Source: Neophaeotheca triangularis | Lineage: Eukaryota | Assembly: GCA_054600435.1 (NCBI GenBank) | Contig: BAAIJX010000001.1 | Coordinates: forward strand, 558,001-622,000 | Reading direction: 5' to 3' | DNA length: 64,000 nucleotides | Shown: piece after piece, positions 59,683-64,000 of the stretch | Layout: each line of letters begins with the position of its first letter | How positions within the stretch are numbered: position 1 is the first letter of the stretch | The notes under the pieces: model-generated | What the model was told of the DNA's origin: nothing | Database searches by the model: none | The model's input: only the letters and a program-made list of their open reading frames with translations | Made by a program: the position numbers and the translations under genes

Positions 59683-61301
59683 TCATCTCTGAGGCGGGTG
59701 GTCGAAAGAATAGCTTGTAGGGAAATGCATGCTGGCGCTCAACCCGAAAGGATCTGCATCGAGCATCGGATCATTCGGATCGATAGCCTGGCGCCCAGGG
59801 TCAAACGACGGTGCTTCTTCGATCTTTTGCGTTTGTTGACGTTGCGGCGGCATCGGTGGTCGATAATTTTGATGTTGCTGCTGCGCGGGTTGGCCGTGCT
59901 GCATCTGTTGCTGCTCCGATTGCAAACTTCCCCGAGAGTAACCGTGTCCGCCATGGTACTGCGCCTCATATCCGGGTTCGTATGGAGTGTGCGTGTGATC
60001 CATGGGGGCGTAGTCGTGGTCTTCATGATCGTCAATCATGGGATGCGATGCTTGCGTGTTGTACTCGTGTTCTGTACTCATAAAGTCAACAATAGGACGA
60101 ACAAAGATCTTCTTGGAAGTCTTGGGACAAGGGGTCAACTTGCCGAGTTGGTCAAAATGCTTCTGGAAAGGACTTGGGTAGAAAGCAGAGGCCGATTGAG
60201 ACCCACCACCGGTACTGCTGGGTCCAGTGCCGCTCATCGATTGATGCTGGCTTTGCTGACTGGCAGGTGAAGCGCTGGAAACGCCACTCGCGCTGCTGGT
60301 CTGATATGGATTTGGTAGATTGGGTCGCTGTTGGCGTGGCGGGTATGGCTGCTGAGGTATGTACATAGCGCCATGAGAAGGTGGCTGCGACCGCGGCGGC
60401 AAGCCTTGATATTGCTGTGCTTGCGGCTGAGCGTGAGTCGTTGCTGCTGGCGGGGCTTTCCCACCTTGTTGCACAGTGACTGGAGATCGCACGGAGATGT
60501 TAGTAGGAGAAGAGGCATGCGAAGAAGGTGTTGGAACCCCTTGCTGCTGTGGTGAAGTTGCCGGGTATGCCGGTTGCGGTGCTTGCTCCGGGGCGAGTTT
60601 TGGCATGTACTTCTGACCCGAGCGACGAGCATGCTGCCTGTTGACGGCCGTACGCTGGAGCGGTGGCTGTGACTGTTGCGGTTGAGGTGCTGCAGGTGGC
60701 ATGAAGTTTGGCACAAGAGAGGAGCTTCCCGTCTTGAGCTGAAGCTCGGCTTGAACGTCGACGCCTGACAATGGTTAGATTCGAAGCTGAACGAAGGGTG
60801 TTGTCCAGACGCACCCTTTTCTAGAAGAATCCGTTCGAGGAGGGAGTTCTTGTAACGCAGCATGAGGCACTCATCAGCGGCGGAGCGGTGGCTCTGCTGC
60901 AGGTTACCAAGCGCATCTTCGTTTTGCTTAATATTCGCCTCGAGCTGTTTGATGTACTCGGTGCGGCGTTCTCGGAAGGCAGCTTGGGCTTGTCGATTTC
61001 GCTGCTTGCGCTCCTCAGACGTCGCATAGATCTAGGATAGATGTCAGAGAGCTGCGAAAAGCTAAGAAGTTTTTTATAGAGCTGCCTGCAAACTTACCGG
61101 TTTACGACCCCCCTTGCGCTTCTGAGGGTGAGTCTGGTCCTGGGCGGTGGCCGCAGCAGGACCTTCGGCCTCTGGCGTCGATTCGACGGAGCTGGGCGTA
61201 CGCTCGTTCTCAGCAGCGGCGGCGGCCGGACCAGCAGCGGTGCCAGCGGCCATGTCGTTGTTACTACTACTTGCGCTGCCGACGTTGTTGCTGTCGCCCA
61301 T
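59683..61301 (-). CDS. bZIP transcription factor; introns 61032-61097, 60765-60814 and probable GC-AG intron 60072-60143
   Basis: KRKGGRKP|IYATSEERKQRNRQAQAAFRERRTEYIKQLE basic region and zipper, CLMLRYKNSLLERILLEKG, Q/P-rich tail, C-terminal DADPFGLSASMHFPT. Confidence 0.9.
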
Positions 61302-62166
61302 GTGCGCGCCTGCAGGTACCCGGCTAGCGATAGGCTGATAGCGCGTTGCCCGAAGGCAGTTAGGATTATTATTGAGTGCGATAAGGCAGCGCTAAGTTAA
61401 GTGGTGAGTGTAGACAGGTCTACCAGCCTGTCGGGTGCAATATCAGTGATTATCATAGCAAAATGATAGGTAATGGTGTGTAATGGGAAGGAGTCTGATA
61501 AGGAAGCAGTAGTGCGCGAGAGGAGCAGGGAAAGGGCGTGAGGTAAGAGGTTGGCTAATGAAAACACGTCAAGAGATTTTATAAGGTCACGCGCGGCGGA
61601 TGGCCAGCGAGCAGATTATTAGTGGGTGGGCAGTGGGTGCAGGTGAGCACTGGGCATGGACGGTGGGGGTGGCATGGGTAGTAAGTCGGTAGATTTTAGA
61701 AGGCGGCGTCGGCATCCACCATCATCCATCGAACAAGTACATAGTACTCCAGTAGGTACTACTAGTAGGTAGGTTAAGGTACTCTACCAGGTAAGCTATG
61801 TACTATATACCTAATAAGGTAAGTTAGGTAAACCGTGGTTGACCGTGGTAATTGCGGTACGAGGTGGGCGGGGTTGGAGTACGAGTACGAGTATCCTCGA
61901 TTCCTACCTGGCCTGGCTCAGAATGCCGAGCATCTACCGTACTATGCCCTGTAATAAGGTAAAGAATAATAAAACGCGTGCAGATAGATCTAGACCTCGT
62001 CTGCGACTGCCTCTTTAGGCTACCCCGCCACAACACCTTTTCGCTTGGGGCTTTGCGTGCTTGTTGCATCTCCGGCGACATGTCGCATCCAGCACGTGAT
62101 ATAGCCAGGATATATACACCTAGGTACCCAAGTTAGGTAGTATTGTTAAATGAATCTGTTGGACGT

Positions 62167-62280
62167 GCTATTGCTATTGTTACTACTACTGCTACTGCTA
62201 CTGCTACTGCTACTGCTACTGCTATGCTGTTGCTATTGCTATTGCTATTGCTATTGCTATTGCTATTGCTATTGCTATTG
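62167..62280. repeat. compound hexanucleotide microsatellite (GCTACT)n/(GCTATT)n
   Basis: Tandem gctact units followed by gctatt units. Confidence 0.9.
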
Positions 62281-62693
62281 ATGAGTTAGGTAGGTAGGTC
62301 GCAAGAGAAGGAGCCATGAACGCTCCCTACTACTGTAAGGTAGGTACCTACCTTATTACCTTACCGCCTCTCTCTGTATCAGAGCCGCCCATTCTCGCGC
62401 CCTTTCCTACCAATTTACGTGGCTAAGCAAGGTAGCTCCCACCTGATTGATTGATTGTCGAGGGCGCCAGCAATCCAGAATTAATGCCCACCTCCATTCA
62501 TTCGGTCCAAGATGCGACTTGCTCAAACGATCAATGTATCAAGGATCCGTTTGACCTTTCTTCCAGGTCGACATTCTGACCGGACGAACGAACTATATCT
62601 CGACCAGCGACGTTTCAATCGGGGTCGCCATCGCAGACTCGAGGAGAGAATACATCGTGATGCAGTGTTGGAATCACTCCACTATTCGTGCCA

Positions 62694-64000
62694 ATGTCGA
62701 GAACGCCACCACAATCTTCGACCGTCGTCTCATCACTACCATCCGAGCCCGGACACCAAGCAACAGCTACGCGCCCCTTGTCAGACATTCGCGAGATAAC
62801 AGAACCCAGCCTGATTGACGCCGTGAGTCGTTGGCCTGGTGCTCAGCTTCAGCGCCAGTCGAGTCTGAACAGGGCAAGCTCGTTGAAGCGCAAGGGATCT
62901 GTGAAGCGCAACGGGTCTGTTAGGATTACGGAGCCAGGGTCCAAGGGAACGTACCACACAAGGAGCAAGTCGACGGGCAACACTTCGTCCTCGTATTCCG
63001 ATTCGCCTGCGCAGGGTAGCTTCTACAGCATTCCCCCGTCAAGCGTCCCGAGGCGTTCGTCTTCTCAACGTCGCTCGTCACAGCGCCGACAGACCCATTC
63101 CCGAGGACCTTCGAATCGCGCTGAGCAACCAACCCCTCGCGGCTTCACGATTGCGAACCACGGCCACAGCGAGTCGCCGGTCAAAGAAGTCGGCTTGCGC
63201 GTTGATCCATACACCTCAGAGGCAGCTAGGAGAGTGCCTTCCAGGACCTTCATCAGGACTGCTCATCCTGGAGATATACCGTCCTCTCCAGCATTCAAAC
63301 ATCCGCGCGTACGCCTGGAATTGCAAGTATCTGCGCCGCTGTTTGTAGGAGGTGGGAGTATAGAAGGTTTTGTCAAGATCACGGTAGATGACAATGAGCG
63401 TATCAATCATAGAAGGAGCCTGAGCATTTGCGCAATTTCAGTCGACTTGGTGGGATACGAAGAGATGACTGGAGGTAGCAGCGGCCGCAAAGCGACATTC
63501 CTGGCCCTGGGTACAGAACTCCTGGACGAAAACAATCACCCTCCTCCAAACATGGTAGAGCCTGCGAATCCCATCTTCTTCGATGAATCCTGGACGCTCG
63601 TACCCTCGGCTTCTGCGCTTCCTTTTATGCTCAGTCTACCTCTCGATACCGGACCACCGCCATTTCAATCCAAGCACGCTAACATCCGCTTTCTACTCAG
63701 TGCCACACTGCAGATCAAAGACACCGGGAAGCTATATCGCGTGCGGACTTCGCATACTGTGTGTGTGCTCGGTACACACGATCCGGAAAAGGCCTTGACC
63801 TCGCTACCCAGCCCACTGACAGCGTCAGACGAGCTTCCACTTTCACGATCCGGCGAAGCGGAAAAGATCAAGCTAACGGCTGGTCTGCACCGGCAAGTCT
63901 GGGTGAGCGGTAGCAGCATATTCGTCGACGTGCACATAGCCAACAAATCCCGAAAAATCGTCAAACGCCTTGACCTCACACTGGAGAGAAACATCCTGTG
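62694..64000 (+). CDS. arrestin-domain protein, 5' part (runs off the window, so absent from the ORF track)
   Basis: Frame from ATG 62694 gives HPRVRLELQVSAPLFVGGGSIEG, ISVDLVGYEE, GPPPFQSKHANIRF, DPEKALTSLPSPLTASDE, LHRQVWVSG. Confidence 0.8.
   Translation, partial: MSRTPPQSSTVVSSLPSEPGHQATATRPLSDIREITEPSLIDAVSRWPGAQLQRQSSLNRASSLKRKGSVKRNGSVRITEPGSKGTYHTRSKSTGNTSSSYSDSPAQGSFYSIPPSSVPRRSSSQRRSSQRRQTHSRGPSNRAEQPTPRGFTIANHGHSESPVKEVGLRVDPYTSEAARRVPSRTFIRTAHPGDIPSSPAFKHPRVRLELQVSAPLFVGGGSIEGFVKITVDDNERINHRRSLSICAISVDLVGYEEMTGGSSGRKATFLALGTELLDENNHPPPNMVEPANPIFFDESWTLVPSASALPFMLSLPLDTGPPPFQSKHANIRFLLSATLQIKDTGKLYRVRTSHTVCVLGTHDPEKALTSLPSPLTASDELPLSRSGEAEKIKLTAGLHRQVWVSGSSIFVDVHIANKSRKIVKRLDLTLERNIL

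Noticed and set aside
59683..61301. Hac1-type unconventional (Ire1) splicing in the bZIP gene
   Set aside because: The protein does not resemble HacA and all introns look spliceosomal.

Overview
Gene-dense, GC-rich fungal (Pezizomycotina, probably Dothideomycete-like) chromosomal DNA with short spliceosomal introns. No transposons, tRNAs or CRISPR arrays were seen. It holds about 25 protein-coding genes. Housekeeping genes: HUT1 3' end, purU, EFR3, MFAP1/Spp381, a Ubc6-type E2, a Sec14/PDR16-like protein, POL12, MOD5, NDUFAF5, a TPR-DnaJ co-chaperone, STM1, a bZIP factor and an arrestin 5' part. Catabolic and other genes: the divergent D-galacturonate pair gaaC/gaaA with a GARE site, an A-T-R-R NRPS-like glycine betaine reductase (ATRR type), a secreted CBM52/(alpha/alpha)6-glycosidase fusion, an MFS/M20 amidohydrolase/amino-acid permease trio, and a secreted sulfatase with an atypical CSQSR motif. 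An AT-rich island at 47.2-48.6 kb carries three 119-nt 5S rRNA genes; two are identical and one has a compensatory base-pair swap. All calls come from reading the sequence and recalled family motifs; no database searches were run. I found no clear-cut novel system. The best leads are the CBM52 glycosidase, the amidohydrolase trio, the in-frame GC-AG intron of the bZIP gene, an acid-free Ala/Pro/Tyr protein and the 5S cluster.
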